Assembly: GCA_030390025.1 (NCBI GenBank)
Contig: CM059432.1
Coordinates: 73,472,001-73,536,000 of the forward strand
Source: Squalus acanthias
Taxonomy: Eukaryota
DNA: 64,000 nt
Direction of reading: 5' to 3'
The notes beneath the pieces were generated by a model. That model did not search any database, had not been told where the DNA came from, and saw nothing but the letters and a program-made list of their open reading frames with translations. Shown piece after piece: positions 62,467 through 64,000 of the stretch. A program made the translations under genes and the position numbers. Position 1 is the first letter of the stretch, and each line of letters opens with the position of its first letter.

Positions 62467-63759
62467 TAAGATTCAGAAACCCCTCATACTCCATGATACT
62501 GCAGAGTGGCCAATTGCTGCTCAAGCACAGAGATCCTCTGCTCCAGAGATTCAATTTTCCAACACTTAGTGCAAATATGCTGCCCTTGGATATAGTAAGG
62601 ATCCATGATAGCCCAAATATTGCACTCCAAGTATATCACAAGGGCTTCCTGCAGTGCCAATCCTTTATGTCTAACTCAAAAACTGTAGATAGTGCTAAAA
62701 TCCCATTAACTCCAAACTCTCACAACAATCAAACTTCTCTTCATTCACACAAGTATTAAGAAAAAAGAATGCTGTCCAATAGCAACTCAAGGCTGAACTG
62801 ACTCTAACGTTGAACTCCTGCTGAGGCTAAACCCCACACTTTTCTGGTCTTTCACACTGCACTGGCCTCTTGCAGCTCAAAATTGAGCTCATGATGTTCA
62901 GCTCGAATTCATACTGTACTAGCTTGCACAAAGGGGTCGTTTTTACCCCTATCTTGCCGGACGAGAATGGTACGTGGGAGGGGTTAAATTCAGGCGAGTC
63001 GATTTTATCTTCACCAACTTTCAAGTAGGCCGAGGCTTATACTGCAGGCAGATGGGTCCTAATTGAAATGTAATAGTCGCAGCCTAATGACATCATTGAC
63101 ACGCCAGCGCTATTCTTACTGGACCTTGAAGGAGCTACCCACTTGCTGGTAAACCTGCCAGACAATCCTGGTGGGAGGCAGCAGAGTGGCCAGAAGAGCT
63201 CAATTTTTAATTTGGGAAGGATGCCTTAGGGGCCAGGAGGCGGAGGCGTGCTCCCCTGCCATGATCTTGCCTCTTCCTGCCTCGACCAGTATCAGCTCTA
63301 CATCCCCTCCCCAGCACTTGCCTTGTGCCGGGGACCATTCCCCTAGGTCCCTGGCAGCATCTAGCTCCCGCCCCAATTACGGCCTGCCGGCCTTGAAGTC
63401 ATTCTCAGCAGCTCAGCCGAGAGACAAATATGCAATATTAAAATGAGGCCCGGCAGTTAAAATCAACCCGGCCTTGCTTCCGTCTGGACTTCTGGGTGCG
63501 CCACTCATTTCGGGATCCCCACGCATCAATCCACCCCCAAGTTAAAATCAACCAGAATAGCTCAGCTGACACAAAAAAATGCCAAAGAACAGCTAATCAC
63601 AACTCTTTTGTAACCAACTGATTTCCAATTATGACCTCAAACCAGCTGACAGTTAAGGCACCATATAAACAATTTAAACAGCTTAGTATTGAACAGATAA
63701 AATAAATTTAAGCTCAAAATACAGTAAAATATATAAATGAAAATATCAATACTTATAAA

Positions 63760-64000
63760 AGAAAAAAAGAAAGACTTACATTTATATAGCGCCTTTCATG
63801 ACCACCAGACGTCTCAAAGCGCTTCACAGCCAATGAAGTACTTTTGAAGTGTAGTCACTGTTGTAATGTGGGAAACGCAGCAGCCAATTTGCACACAGCA
63901 AGCTCCCACAAACAGCAATGTGATAATGACCAGATAATCTATTTCAGTGATGTTGATTGAGGGATAAATATTGGCCAGGAACACCGGGGATAACTCCCCT
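63760..64000 (-). mobile_element. Deu-domain SINE 3' part (runs off window)
   Basis: Reverse complement of the 20860-21090 type sequence. Confidence 0.82.

Overview
Eukaryotic, transposon-saturated genomic DNA. It is most likely from a cartilaginous fish (shark), inferred from HE1/V-SINE-like and Deu-domain SINEs together with CR1, Penelope and Harbinger families. No host protein-coding gene could be established. The window is dominated by a PIF/Harbinger DNA-transposon ecosystem. One apparently intact two-gene element (left end outside the window, right TIR at ~3719) carries a DDE transposase (65-1225, +) and a convergent three-exon Myb/SANT (MADF-like) partner gene (3357-1538, -; 458 aa by my splice model). 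At least seven further decayed Myb-gene copies keep the same first intron position, and there are several transposase remnants and about a dozen MITE-like derivatives with 12-bp GG..ATTTT-type termini and 3-bp TSDs. Also present are a full-length CR1 (GDSL-esterase ORF1) inserted in an RTE LINE, other CR1/L2-group fragments, and Penelope-like GIY-YIG fragments carrying minimal hammerhead ribozymes. SINEs, a hAT MITE and two LTR-like islands complete the inventory. Most notable are the hammerhead motifs, the intact element with a matching MITE sharing TAGCGCC subterminal motifs, a Myb-transposase fusion inside a kb-scale inverted repeat, recurrent consensus 5' splice sites in MITEs, and multi-level nesting. 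All calls were made by eye, without database searches.
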